Positions 1-8,607 of a stretch of DNA of 13,181 nt are shown piece after piece; the stretch's first letter is position 1, and every line of letters begins with the position of its first letter. The notes below the pieces were generated by a model. That model did no database searches. It was not told where the DNA came from and was given only the letters and a program-made list of their open reading frames with translations. This DNA comes from Pseudomonadota bacterium (GTDB taxonomy: Bacteria > Bdellovibrionota_G > JALEGL01 > DATDPG01): positions 1 through 13,181 of the forward strand of contig JAZDIZ010000180.1 of NCBI GenBank assembly GCA_043804515.1. The letters run 5' to 3'. A program made the position numbers and the translations under genes.

Positions 1-412
1 GGGATCCAAGCGTGGGTGACAGGGTTATCCCCTGTTCCATCCGTTCCGGCTCGATCCCCATTACCGTAATCGGTGGGATCGGAAGGCCCATTTCCACTCC
101 CAAACGCAAGACCGAAAGAATGTCCCCTTCGTGTGTCGTTCGTCGGGACAGCACTTTTGCGCTTTGCGCGTCCCGAGCATCGAAGAAAAAGTATTCGCCC
201 GGGTTTCGTCCGGACACTACGGCGTCCACAAGAAGGATCTTTTCGGTTTGGGGCGTGAAAAAATCCAGGAGACGGATTCCGTTGTCCGAGAGGTTCTCGA
301 CTTCAAATTCTTTTGCAAGGCCCGCTTGAGCGATGGCTTCGACCACCCGCAGGCCCACGGCATCGTCCGCCATGGAATAATTTCCCAGGCCGATGATGTA
401 CTTCTTGGCCAT
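1..412 (-). CDS. [NiFe]-hydrogenase maturation endopeptidase (HycI/HybD/HoxW family), 3'-truncated by the window edge
   Basis: Not in the ORF track; translated by hand from ATG at 412: MAKKYIIGLGNYSMADDAVGLRVVEAIAQAGLAKEFEVENLSDNGIRLLDFFTPQTEKILLVDAVVSGRNPGEYFFF...RRTTHEGDILSVL...VMGIEPERMEQGITLSPTLGS. The frame is open to the edge. It has the family motifs GxGN-x3-DD-x-VG, xVDA, xxH and GIEP, and starts 5 nt after the large-subunit stop. Confidence 0.93.
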   Translation of the reverse strand, partial: MAKKYIIGLGNYSMADDAVGLRVVEAIAQAGLAKEFEVENLSDNGIRLLDFFTPQTEKILLVDAVVSGRNPGEYFFFDARDAQSAKVLSRRTTHEGDILSVLRLGVEMGLPIPPITVMGIEPERMEQGITLSPTLGS

Positions 413-417
413 GGGGC

Positions 418-1734
418 TCAGTGCGCGAACTTCACCTTGAGATAATGCGTGGAGCACGAGACACACGGGTCGTATGCTCGCACCAGCATTTCCAAGCGGA
501 GCTCGATCTCCTTTTCCGCCATCTTCGAGGCAAGCAACTCGGGAACAAGTTTCTCGAAGTCGAGTTGGATATTGCCGTGGTTCTGGTTCGTGGGGATCAC
601 GCAGTCCGCGCCCGTGCACATGAATTCGCGGTCGTACTTGTAGTGATGGAACAGGATGCCCCGGGGGACTTCTACCGACGCAGTTCCTTCGCCGTGCTTC
701 GTGGGTTTGCGGGGTTCCTCATCCTTGATTCCCGCCGTGGCTAGTTTATCCAGCAACTCCAAGCTCCGGTGAACGCTGTGTACGATCTCCGCCGCCTGCG
801 CCGCAGTGTTCAAATACGTGTTGTGGCAAAGCGGTGCCAGACCCAAGAGCTTCGCCACTTTCTTGGCCTCGGGATGGAGCTGGTCCGCGTTGTTGTTGAA
901 CCGGGCCAGAGCGCCCGCCATGTAACTTTCGAGATTGTGGCGCGTCCATTTCGCAGTGGAGTGCGGTGTCATGTACTCGTTCGTCAGGCTCTTGTAGTTC
1001 TCCACGGCGTACTGTTCCTTCGTCCCGTCGGGCATCACGGTCTGGACCACGCCGTCGTAGAACGCATATTCGTCCTTGGCGTGAAGTGCCATGTACTCCG
1101 TCGGCCGCTCGAATTTCGGGAACTTGTCGCTAAGGCTCACCAAAACCTCCAAGACCACTTTGAGATCGGGAAGGAGTTCCTTTTCGAATCTCTTGATCAG
1201 GTTCGCAAGGTCCTCGGTCGACGGAAGCGCCCCGAAACCCCCGGGGACCACCGTCGTCGCGTGCGTCGTGCGCCCGGCGATCAAAGAACCCCATTCGTGC
1301 GCCAAACGCTTGAGGCGCAACGCCACCTGGATGACCGCTTTATGCGTCTTTACGAGCGGAAATACGGACGAGACGCCCAGAAGATCGGGGGCCGCAAGAA
1401 AGAGAACGTGCAGGACGTTGGAATCGAAAATCTCAGCGTGTTTGAGAAGGTTCCGAAGCAGCGCCGTCTGCCGGGAAACCCGGATTCCCAGCGCGACTTC
1501 CGTGGCTTTCACGGAGCACAGCGAGTGCCCGATGGCGCAGATCCCGCAGATCCGGCTGGTGATGCGGGAAACTTCCGAGTAATGGCGGTTTCTCACCATC
1601 GCCTCGAAGAACCTCGGCGCTTCCGGTACCTGCCATTCGCACTTTTCGATCCGGCCGTTGCTCGTGTTCACGACGATGTTGCCGTGCCCTTCGATCCGGG
1701 TGACGTGATGGACGTCGATGTGAAGATTCGTCAT
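418..1734 (-). CDS. hydA: Group 3b [NiFe]-hydrogenase large (alpha) subunit
   Basis: 438 aa. Motifs TRIEGHG (L0), RICGICAIGH (L1), EVPRGILFH (L4) and RAYDPCVSCSTH (L2), followed by an 8-aa cleavable extension YLKVKFAH. Gene order matches beta/gamma/delta/alpha. Confidence 0.96.
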   Translation of the reverse strand: MTNLHIDVHHVTRIEGHGNIVVNTSNGRIEKCEWQVPEAPRFFEAMVRNRHYSEVSRITSRICGICAIGHSLCSVKATEVALGIRVSRQTALLRNLLKHAEIFDSNVLHVLFLAAPDLLGVSSVFPLVKTHKAVIQVALRLKRLAHEWGSLIAGRTTHATTVVPGGFGALPSTEDLANLIKRFEKELLPDLKVVLEVLVSLSDKFPKFERPTEYMALHAKDEYAFYDGVVQTVMPDGTKEQYAVENYKSLTNEYMTPHSTAKWTRHNLESYMAGALARFNNNADQLHPEAKKVAKLLGLAPLCHNTYLNTAAQAAEIVHSVHRSLELLDKLATAGIKDEEPRKPTKHGEGTASVEVPRGILFHHYKYDREFMCTGADCVIPTNQNHGNIQLDFEKLVPELLASKMAEKEIELRLEMLVRAYDPCVSCSTHYLKVKFAH

Positions 1735-2495
1735 TTCACGCCCCCTCCCCGCTGATTCGCCGTGTACATGAGCGACCGGTCGCGGGCGCGCGCGGGCGAG
1801 AGTCCGCCCTTTTCGATCAGAACGTCCACCAGGGCCTCCTCGTTGGGGAAGTCCCAGAATCCGCGGCAGGCCTCACACGGAATCCCCCCGGCCGGGCACG
1901 GCGCGCCGCACCCCGCGCGGGCCACAACACCCAGGCAATGGTCGCCCACGTGGTACCGGCACACCGTTTCCAGTTTCTTGCACTCCACGCAGACCGGGTA
2001 ATTCGGGATCACCGGCTCCTTTCCGTGAAGGATGTGGGAAAGGACGTGAACGAGTTCCCTCTTTGAGATGGGGCAGCCGGTCACGTTGTAGTCCACCTTG
2101 ATGACCGACGAGACGGGCAACGCTTTCTCGCTGGCTAGGATGGGAAGCGCGGCGTCCTTTCCGTAAACGAATTTCAGGTAATCCGTCGTGTGATTCTTGA
2201 TGGCGTTGATCCCGCCGAGCGTCGCGCACGAGCCGTACGCGATCACGATGTCCGCCCGGTCCCGGATTTCCCGGAGGCGTTCCCGATCGGACTCCCGCGT
2301 GAAGCTGCCCTCCACCAGGGCGACGTCGATTCTCTCTTTCGTCTTTTCCGACATCGCTTCCCGGAATTCCACCACTTCGATGTGGTCCAGGAGGCCCAGG
2401 ACGATCGGCTCGCTCAGGTTCGTGAACTCGATCTGGCAGCCTTCGCAACACGCGAAATCGAAGAAGGCCACCCTCGCTTTTCGTTTCTCGGTCAT
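1731..2495 (-). CDS. hydD: Group 3b [NiFe]-hydrogenase small (delta) subunit
   Basis: 254 aa, no Tat signal. FFDFACCEGCQ, VEGS, GSCA..GG and GCP, plus the C-terminal Cys cluster PVCVEC..C..CLG..AGC..CP..C..CRG. ATGA overlap with the alpha gene. Confidence 0.94.
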   Translation of the reverse strand: MTEKRKARVAFFDFACCEGCQIEFTNLSEPIVLGLLDHIEVVEFREAMSEKTKERIDVALVEGSFTRESDRERLREIRDRADIVIAYGSCATLGGINAIKNHTTDYLKFVYGKDAALPILASEKALPVSSVIKVDYNVTGCPISKRELVHVLSHILHGKEPVIPNYPVCVECKKLETVCRYHVGDHCLGVVARAGCGAPCPAGGIPCEACRGFWDFPNEEALVDVLIEKGGLSPARARDRSLMYTANQRGGGVK

Positions 2496-3313
2496 CGGAA
2501 TGCCTCCTCCAGGTGTTCCACTTCACTGAATCGGAACACCGGGCCGTCCGTGCAGACGAATTTGTCGTTCATCTGGCAGTGGCCGCACTTGCCGACGCCG
2601 CATTTCATCCTCCGCTCCAGGTCCACAAAGACGTTCTCGTGCGGAATTCCGATCCGGTCCAGCTCGCGGATCACGAACCGGTACATCACCGGCGGGCCAC
2701 AGATGACGACACGCGTATCCGGTTCGATCTTGGTCTTCTGGAACAACGTCGTGATTACGCCCACGTTTCCTTTCCAATCGGCGTTCGCTTTGTCCACTGT
2801 CTCGTAATATTCGACGTCATTCGACTTGCGCCACGCCGCGAGATCATCCAGAAACAGCTGCGCATCGGGGTCCTTGGCCCCGGAAAAAAGTGTGAATTTT
2901 CCGAATTCGCCCCGCCGGTCCAGAACGTATTGGATCAGGCTCCGCGTCGGGCAGAGTCCGATCCCGCCCGCCACGATCAGGAGCGGGTGCCCTTTGAGGT
3001 CCTCCATGCGGAACCCCTGCCCGAGAGGCCCGCGCAGAAGGAGCGTGTCCCCTTTGTTCTTGAGGTTGATGGCCTTCGACACCCTTCCGACCCCCCTCAC
3101 GACGATGTCGAACGTGTGCCGCCGGGTGGGCGAGCTTGCGAATCCGATCGGGATCTCGCCATATCCCATCACCCCGACTTCCAGGATCTGTCCCGGGTTG
3201 AAGGAAAGCTCGGGGCTTTCCTTCATTTTGAGCGTGAAATGTTTTTCGGTCGCTGTGATCTGGTCGGCCCGGATGATATCGGCTTGCCTCGGTTCAAAAA
3301 TATTCTCGCGCAT
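2492..3313 (-). CDS. hydG: Group 3b hydrogenase gamma subunit (FAD/NAD(P)-binding, [2Fe-2S]; HydG/AsrB/PyrK-like)
   Basis: 273 aa. PGQ, RGPLGQGF, AGGIG, CGPPVM and ERRMKCGVGKCGHC...CTDGPVF. ATGA overlap with delta. Confidence 0.94.
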   Translation of the reverse strand: MRENIFEPRQADIIRADQITATEKHFTLKMKESPELSFNPGQILEVGVMGYGEIPIGFASSPTRRHTFDIVVRGVGRVSKAINLKNKGDTLLLRGPLGQGFRMEDLKGHPLLIVAGGIGLCPTRSLIQYVLDRRGEFGKFTLFSGAKDPDAQLFLDDLAAWRKSNDVEYYETVDKANADWKGNVGVITTLFQKTKIEPDTRVVICGPPVMYRFVIRELDRIGIPHENVFVDLERRMKCGVGKCGHCQMNDKFVCTDGPVFRFSEVEHLEEAFR

Positions 3314-4339
3314 TCAGCTCTCCATGACTTGTTCGACGATGCGGACCGGATCGGCGATGTCGGGAACGCACCCCACGGAGCAGCGGCCGCATCCAACGCA
3401 CGCCGGGCCCCCGAGTTTCTCGATGAGATAGGACGTTTTCCTCAACGCGCGGTGCCGGTAGCGCTCGAACCGCTCCGGCCGTGAATTGTGGAACCCTCCG
3501 GCGCCCAATGTTTCCAGAGCGAAGTCCTGCGTCTGGCAGGCGTCCCATGTCCGGTAACGGACTCCCGATTTTTGGTCGACGTTCCAGTCGTCCTGCACGT
3601 CGAAACACTGGCACGTCGGGCAAACGATGTTGCACGTTCCGCACGAGAAGCACGTCTTCGACAGCGTCTTCCAGAGCAGCTCGTTCCCGAACTGACCCCT
3701 CACGCTTTTCGCGATCTCCTCCGACGTGTGCGTGAGCTTTTCACGGCATTTGGACAGGACGTTTTCGTTGATCCGGCCGGCCTTCTTCACTTCGGGTTGG
3801 GTGGCCTTGCGGAATTTTCCGAACGAAAGAAGCGCCTCGCCCTTTTTGGAACGGGTTTCAAAAACGAAGCCCGAAGGAAGTTTTGTCAAAAACGCGTCGT
3901 GTCCGTTGGGCTTCAGCGCCGTCGCGACGGTGGCGAAAAATGCCCGAGGGGAGACTTTTTGGATATTCGAAGCCACGAGCGTCGTCCTTTCCCTCTGTGC
4001 CAGATAGTTCTCGTCGGGATGCCCGTCCGAGAAGATCTGGTCCAGCATGTCGATGGCTTTGACGTCGTAAAAATGTACTCCGAGAAGAACCTGATCAATC
4101 GGCTTGACGGCCATCTGAACCGTGGACCCGTCAAACTTGAAGAGATTTTGCGTCGTGGGAAAGATGGCCTTTTTCGGCGGGATGATCGTCACGTCGTGAT
4201 CCAGGCGCAGCTCTTTTGAAGAGCGCAAGTCCTCGAAGACAAACTTGGTTTTCTTGGCCACCGGCCCAACCACCCGTTTTTCTTGAATCAATCGATCGAC
4301 GAGCAAATTAAAATCGCCGCCCTTTATAAACCAATGCAT
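3314..4339 (-). CDS. hydB: Group 3b hydrogenase beta subunit (4Fe-4S dicluster; HydB/AsrA-like)
   Basis: 341 aa. CFSCGTCNIVCPTCQCF, RTWDAC and CVGCGRCSVGC. GGAGG Shine-Dalgarno at 4344-4348 on the minus strand. Its stop directly abuts the gamma start. Confidence 0.93.
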   Translation of the reverse strand: MHWFIKGGDFNLLVDRLIQEKRVVGPVAKKTKFVFEDLRSSKELRLDHDVTIIPPKKAIFPTTQNLFKFDGSTVQMAVKPIDQVLLGVHFYDVKAIDMLDQIFSDGHPDENYLAQRERTTLVASNIQKVSPRAFFATVATALKPNGHDAFLTKLPSGFVFETRSKKGEALLSFGKFRKATQPEVKKAGRINENVLSKCREKLTHTSEEIAKSVRGQFGNELLWKTLSKTCFSCGTCNIVCPTCQCFDVQDDWNVDQKSGVRYRTWDACQTQDFALETLGAGGFHNSRPERFERYRHRALRKTSYLIEKLGGPACVGCGRCSVGCVPDIADPVRIVEQVMES

Positions 4340-4393
4340 CCCACCTCCGCCGGTTTGGGCCCCGTATGATCAGGCACCCGACCGCGTCGGAAC

Positions 4394-4407
4394 ATGATAC
4401 AGGTCAT
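4394..4407. promoter_or_regulatory. Putative CRP/FNR-family binding site in the hydB/hypA divergent intergenic region
   Basis: ATGAT-ACAG-GTCAT, i.e. ATGA-N6-TCAT. This matches the TGA-N6-TCA core of FNR (TTGAT-N4-ATCAA) and CRP-family boxes and lies near the middle of the 109-bp gap. Confidence 0.55.
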
Positions 4408-4448
4408 ATTGTGCTGGTGTCGCGAAACAGCTATTAGTCGGGTCCGAC

Positions 4449-4799
4449 ATGCACGAATTGGCCATCGCCGAAGACATCCTCAGGATCGTGCGGACGGAAC
4501 TCGCTGCCCGCAAGATCGAGAAGGCCGTTAGCTCGGTCCTGTTCCGGGCGGGGAAGCTGAACGCCGTCGTGCCCGAGACTCTATCTTTTCATTTCGATGT
4601 CCTGAAGACGGACGAGCCGCTTTTGAAAACCGCCTCACTGGAAGTCCAGGAAGTGCCGCTCCAAGTGCGTTGCCTGGAGTGCGGCATCGAGGCAACGCTG
4701 GAGGAGCCGATCCTCATTTGTCTGAAATGCGGGTCCGCTTTGTCGATCGAATCCAAGCAGGGAATGTGGGTGGAAAAGATATCGCTGAGGGAGGATTGA
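4449..4799 (+). CDS. hypA: Hydrogenase nickel metallochaperone HypA
   Basis: 116 aa. N-terminal MHE Ni motif and two Zn-binding CxxC (CLEC, CLKC). Confidence 0.96.
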   Translation: MHELAIAEDILRIVRTELAARKIEKAVSSVLFRAGKLNAVVPETLSFHFDVLKTDEPLLKTASLEVQEVPLQVRCLECGIEATLEEPILICLKCGSALSIESKQGMWVEKISLRED

Positions 4800-4800
4800 G

Positions 4801-5472
4801 ATGGAGATCCGGATCGTAAAGAAAGTCCTGGAAGCCAATGCCAACGTGGCCGACGAGGTCCGAAAGAGGCTTCGGACGCAACGGCGAAGCATGGTGAACT
4901 TCATGAGCGCGCCCGGCGCCGGAAAGACGCTCCTACTCGAAAAATTGATCCCCGCTCTACGAAAACGGGGGCTTGCTATCGGCGTCATCGAGGGGGACAT
5001 CACGACGTCGAATGATTCGAAGCGCCTCAAACCGCTCGATCTCCCGATCGCCCAGATCAACACGGAATTCTTCGGCGGGGATTGCCACCTGACCTCCGCG
5101 GCCGTCCTGACCGCGTACAAGAAGATCGAAGCTCAAAAGTTCGATATCGCCCTTATCGAAAATGTCGGCAATCTGGTCTGTCCCGCGGAGTTCGACACGG
5201 GCTCCGATTTAAACATCGTCCTCCTTTCCGTGACCGAGGGGGAGGACAAACCCCTCAAGTACCCGCTCATGTTCCGAACGTCCCACGTCGCCTTGATCAA
5301 CAAGGTGGATCTTGCCGTCGCAGCGGAAACTAATCTGGACCTGATGAGATCCAACATGCTCAAGGTGAATCCGAAATTGACCGTGGTCGGAACCTCTGGA
5401 AAAACCGGCGAAGGGATCAAGGCTCTCGCAGAACTTCTCGTTAAAACGCACCAACGAATCCTCGGGAAATAA
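4801..5472 (+). CDS. hypB: Hydrogenase nickel-incorporation GTPase HypB
   Basis: 223 aa. P-loop SAPGAGKT, EGD, CH metal site (GDCHL), ENVGNLVCPAEFD, EGEDKPLKYP and NKVD. GGAGG lies upstream within the end of hypA. No His-rich N-terminus. Confidence 0.97.
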   Translation: MEIRIVKKVLEANANVADEVRKRLRTQRRSMVNFMSAPGAGKTLLLEKLIPALRKRGLAIGVIEGDITTSNDSKRLKPLDLPIAQINTEFFGGDCHLTSAAVLTAYKKIEAQKFDIALIENVGNLVCPAEFDTGSDLNIVLLSVTEGEDKPLKYPLMFRTSHVALINKVDLAVAAETNLDLMRSNMLKVNPKLTVVGTSGKTGEGIKALAELLVKTHQRILGK

Positions 5473-5548
5473 AGATCGAGGTTCGCGCGTCTGCCTTTCG
5501 GGTGCGACACGCGGTCCCAGGTGGCCAAGTCCCACGCGCTTGCTGGAA

Positions 5549-5572
5549 CCACGTGTCCAGAGGACAACGTGG
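5549..5572. other. Inverted repeat/hairpin between hypB and the orphan gene
   Basis: CCACGTGTCC-AGA-GGACAACGTGG: a 10-bp stem with one bulged A. There is no immediate U-tract, so it is not called a terminator. Confidence 0.45.
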
Positions 5573-5593
5573 CGAATTTATGGAACTTTTTGG

Positions 5594-5609
5594 AGGCACG
5601 GTTTTTGCT
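5594..5609 (+). promoter_or_regulatory. Putative sigma54 (-24/-12) promoter of the orphan gene
   Basis: AGGCACGGTTTTTGCT versus consensus TGGCACG-N4-TTGCW. GG (5595-5596) and GC (5607-5608) are exactly 10 nt apart. Predicted TSS ~5620, then GGAG at 5626-5629 and ATG at 5638. Confidence 0.7.
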
Positions 5610-5637
5610 CATCTTTCAGTAGAATGGAGATTGCCCA

Positions 5638-6219
5638 ATGTTGAGTATTCACTACCTATTGTCGCGTTTCGCACCCCTATCCGTTGCGTTTGCCATGAGC
5701 GTGGCCGCGGCTGGTCCGAAACCAAGCCTCGGTGACCGGTTTCACGACATAGTCGTACCCGGATTTATCGCGACGAGCATGGCTTCGGACGCCCTTCGGA
5801 ACATAAAACGCGTGGATGCAGATGACTTCAGAAACCGGGGAGGCCTCGATTTTGGCGCGCTTCTTACCGAGATCGACACTCAAATTCCACCTGCCGAACG
5901 ATCGAGAATGTGTGCCTTGTTAGAAAAGGACCCAACATATTCCAAAGGTCGGATGGAGGCGGAATCTGGGAGAGATGGGTGGGCCGTTGCTACCATCGCC
6001 GGCTTCGTCGTGTGGTGGCCGATCGGAGTGGGCTGTCTCGCAGTCACCGCCTGGGCACATCACTATATGGAAACAGCTCCCGATGGTTGGGTCGTCATAG
6101 TGATAGACAGTGGAATGACGCCTCCCAAGAACCTCCTCTATGTGTCGAACCTGACCGGCGCAGAAGCGCTCCAACTCGGCAGTTTGCAATCTCAGCAAGC
6201 GGTTTCCTGCGACAATTAG
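5638..6219 (+). CDS. Hypothetical protein, probably exported/membrane-associated
   Basis: 193 aa filling the hypB-hypE gap. SD GGAG 8 nt upstream and a sigma54-like promoter. Signal-peptide-like N-terminus ending in AAA, and a hydrophobic segment GWAVATIAGFVVWWPIGVGCLAVTAWA. No family recognised. Confidence 0.7.
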   Translation: MLSIHYLLSRFAPLSVAFAMSVAAAGPKPSLGDRFHDIVVPGFIATSMASDALRNIKRVDADDFRNRGGLDFGALLTEIDTQIPPAERSRMCALLEKDPTYSKGRMEAESGRDGWAVATIAGFVVWWPIGVGCLAVTAWAHHYMETAPDGWVVIVIDSGMTPPKNLLYVSNLTGAEALQLGSLQSQQAVSCDN

Positions 6220-6229
6220 ATCGTGCCGA

Positions 6230-7261
6230 TCAGCAAATCCTCGGCAGCTGCTCACCGCTTAACATCGGCAAAAGCCGCGTTGTGCCCAAAACGCTCGTGA
6301 GAACCACTTGCGGGGCGTCGCCGGTTGAAACCCTACCGATCGATTCCGCTTCACGGCCTCCGGCGTGACGCCGAAGGAGCGTAAGGGCCTTCTCCACGTC
6401 CGACTCCGGCACGAACGCCAGGAACGTTCCTTCGTTGGCCACATAGAGCGGGTCGAAACCCAGAATTTCACATGCGCCTCGAACATCGGAGTGTACGGGA
6501 ATCTTTTTTTCATCGATCTCGCAGACCACGCCGGCAGCCGCGGCGATCTCATTTAACACGGTGGCCACGCCCCCGCGCGTGGCGTCTCTCAGACAATGAA
6601 TATGGACGCCCTCTCGGATGAGATCCAAGACCATCACGTGCACAGGCGCCGCGTCGCTGTGGATTTCGCTCTTGAATTCGAGGCCCTCTCGCACGGCCAT
6701 GATCGCCATCCCGTGCCTTCCCACGTCGCCGCTCAAAAGGATCCGGTCCCCCTGGCGGACTTCCTTCGGTCCGATCGTCAGGTCGTGTTCCAGGACACCG
6801 ATGCCCGCCGTGTTGACGAACAAGCCGTCCGCTTTCCCCCGTTCCACGACCTTCGTGTCCCCAGTCACGATCCGAACATCGCATTCGCGCGCCGCGCGGC
6901 TCATCGACTCCACGACCCTCCATAGCGTCTCCATCGGAAGGCCTTCTTCCAATATAAAGGAGGCGCTCAGGTATTTGGGCCGGGCGCCGCACATCGCCAG
7001 ATCGTTCACCGTCCCGAAAACCGCGAGGCTCCCGATGTCGCCACCGGGGAAGAAGATCGGGCTTACGACAAACGAATCGGTCGTGAACGCCAGACGTTGA
7101 TCCGTCTTTTCCAATACGGCGCCGTCGTGCGGCGCGTCCGCAAGCGAGCGGTCGAAGCTCGCGGCGAACATCTTTGCGATGAGATCGTGCATGAGGCGTC
7201 CCCCACCGCCGTGGGCCAGGAGAACGTTCGGGTACGACGAAATGGGGATCGGGCACTGCAT
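6230..7261 (-). CDS. hypE: Carbamoyl dehydratase HypE
   Basis: 343 aa. [51 protein letters not shown] and the C-terminal PRIC with the catalytic Cys. Confidence 0.98.
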   Translation of the reverse strand: MQCPIPISSYPNVLLAHGGGGRLMHDLIAKMFAASFDRSLADAPHDGAVLEKTDQRLAFTTDSFVVSPIFFPGGDIGSLAVFGTVNDLAMCGARPKYLSASFILEEGLPMETLWRVVESMSRAARECDVRIVTGDTKVVERGKADGLFVNTAGIGVLEHDLTIGPKEVRQGDRILLSGDVGRHGMAIMAVREGLEFKSEIHSDAAPVHVMVLDLIREGVHIHCLRDATRGGVATVLNEIAAAAGVVCEIDEKKIPVHSDVRGACEILGFDPLYVANEGTFLAFVPESDVEKALTLLRRHAGGREAESIGRVSTGDAPQVVLTSVLGTTRLLPMLSGEQLPRIC

Positions 7262-8356
7262 CTACGCCTTCCTTTGCGTGCGATACCGGTAATAGGCCGC
7301 GCAGGCTCCTTCGGAGGAAACCATCGTGGCTCCCAGCGGATGTTCGGGCGTACAGCGCGTTCCGAACGTGGGGCAGTCGGTCGGCTTTTTGTCGCCCCTC
7401 AGGACGAGGCCGCTGATACATTCCGAAGCGGCTTCCCGCTTCGCCCCGTGCGGAGAGAATTTCTTTTCGGCGTCGAAGTCCGCATAGGCCTGGGAAAGAC
7501 CCAGACCGCTCCGGGGGATCACGCCGATCCCACGCCATTCCCGATCCACGATTTCAAACACGTCGCGCATGAGTTCCTGAGCCGGAACGTTACCTTCCTT
7601 GCGTACGACGCGGGCGTATTGATTCTCGACCTGTGCCCGGCCCTCTTCCAGCTGTTTCAGGCACATGTAAATTCCCTGCAACAGATCCAGCGGCTCAAAC
7701 CCGGTCACAACGATCGGGATGTTCCGCTTTTTCGCCAGTATTTCGTACTCTCGCGTCCCGGTGATTGTGCAGACGTGCCCCGCCGCCAGGAACCCGTTCA
7801 CGCGGTTGGTCGGCGAGTCCAGGATCATGTCCAACGCCGGCGGGACAAGTACCTGGGAAACAAGGATCGAGAAATTGTGCAATCCCTTCCGTTTCGCTTC
7901 CACGACGGCCGAAGCGTTCGCCGGCGCCGTGGTCTCGAATCCCACGGCGAAGAACACCACGTCCTTTTCCGGATTCGCCTCGGCCCAGCGGACCGCCTCC
8001 ATGGGGGAATACGTCATGCGGACGTCGGCCCCCCGAGCTCTGGCCGCCAAAAGATCCGTCTTGCTACCCGGCACGCGCAGCATGTCGCCGAACGAAGCGA
8101 GGATCAGGCCGGGCCGCAAGGAGAGATCGATCGCCTGGTCGATTTTCTCCACAGGCGTCACGCACACCGGGCAACCTGGGCCGTGCAACAGCGTGACTTT
8201 GTCCGGAAGAAATTGATCCAGGCCGAATTTGACGATCGTGTGCGTTTGGCCGCCGCACACTTCCATAATCGTCCAGGGACGGCTCACGATCGACCGGATC
8301 GCTTCCGCGTATTTTTTCGCCTGCTCCGGGTCCCGGTATTCGTCGATGAACTTCAT
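7262..8356 (-). CDS. hypD: Hydrogenase maturation protein HypD
   Basis: 364 aa. [24 protein letters not shown] and [27 protein letters not shown]. Confidence 0.98.
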   Translation of the reverse strand: MKFIDEYRDPEQAKKYAEAIRSIVSRPWTIMEVCGGQTHTIVKFGLDQFLPDKVTLLHGPGCPVCVTPVEKIDQAIDLSLRPGLILASFGDMLRVPGSKTDLLAARARGADVRMTYSPMEAVRWAEANPEKDVVFFAVGFETTAPANASAVVEAKRKGLHNFSILVSQVLVPPALDMILDSPTNRVNGFLAAGHVCTITGTREYEILAKKRNIPIVVTGFEPLDLLQGIYMCLKQLEEGRAQVENQYARVVRKEGNVPAQELMRDVFEIVDREWRGIGVIPRSGLGLSQAYADFDAEKKFSPHGAKREAASECISGLVLRGDKKPTDCPTFGTRCTPEHPLGATMVSSEGACAAYYRYRTQRKA

Positions 8357-8607
8357 CGCTCTTCCTTCGGGTCGGCGGCCCCGTCCTCGATCTCGGCCAG
8401 ATACTCCAGCGTCCTACGGGCTTCTTCCTCATCCAACCGGCTGATCGCGAAGCCCACGTGCACGATGACGTAGTCCCCTACGTTCGCTTCCGGAACCAGA
8501 GACAAGTTGATGTCCTTCACGACGCCGCCGAAGCTCACCTTTCCCGTGCGCGTGAGCGGATTTTGGTCCGTGATCTCGAGGATCTCTCCTGGAATCGCAA
8601 GGCACAT
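8353..8607 (-). CDS. hypC: Hydrogenase maturation chaperone HypC (84 aa)
   Basis: True start MCLAIPG at 8607. Cys2 is required after Met removal, so the 187-aa track ORF is over-extended. [13 protein letters not shown] motif. Its ATG overlaps the hypF stop (TGATG) and its stop overlaps the hypD start (ATGA). Confidence 0.96.
   Translation of the reverse strand: MCLAIPGEILEITDQNPLTRTGKVSFGGVVKDINLSLVPEANVGDYVIVHVGFAISRLDEEEARRTLEYLAEIEDGAADPKEER

Noticed and set aside
442..480. Selenocysteine ([NiFeSe]) hydrogenase
   Set aside because: The L2 motif is DPCVSC with ordinary Cys codons and no in-frame TGA.
2436..2465. Extra Cys in small-subunit ACCEGC as an O2-tolerant [4Fe-3S] signature
   Set aside because: The pattern differs from the group 1d CxCC motif, and CCEGC-like variants are, to my knowledge, ordinary in bacterial group 3b delta subunits.
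7097..8473. 458-aa + strand ORF, plus similar long ORFs at 769-1755, 2513-3484, 3488-4219, 6549-7538 and 10890-11606
   Set aside because: These are antisense or alternate-frame shadows of well-supported genes in GC-rich DNA, with no recognisable motifs.
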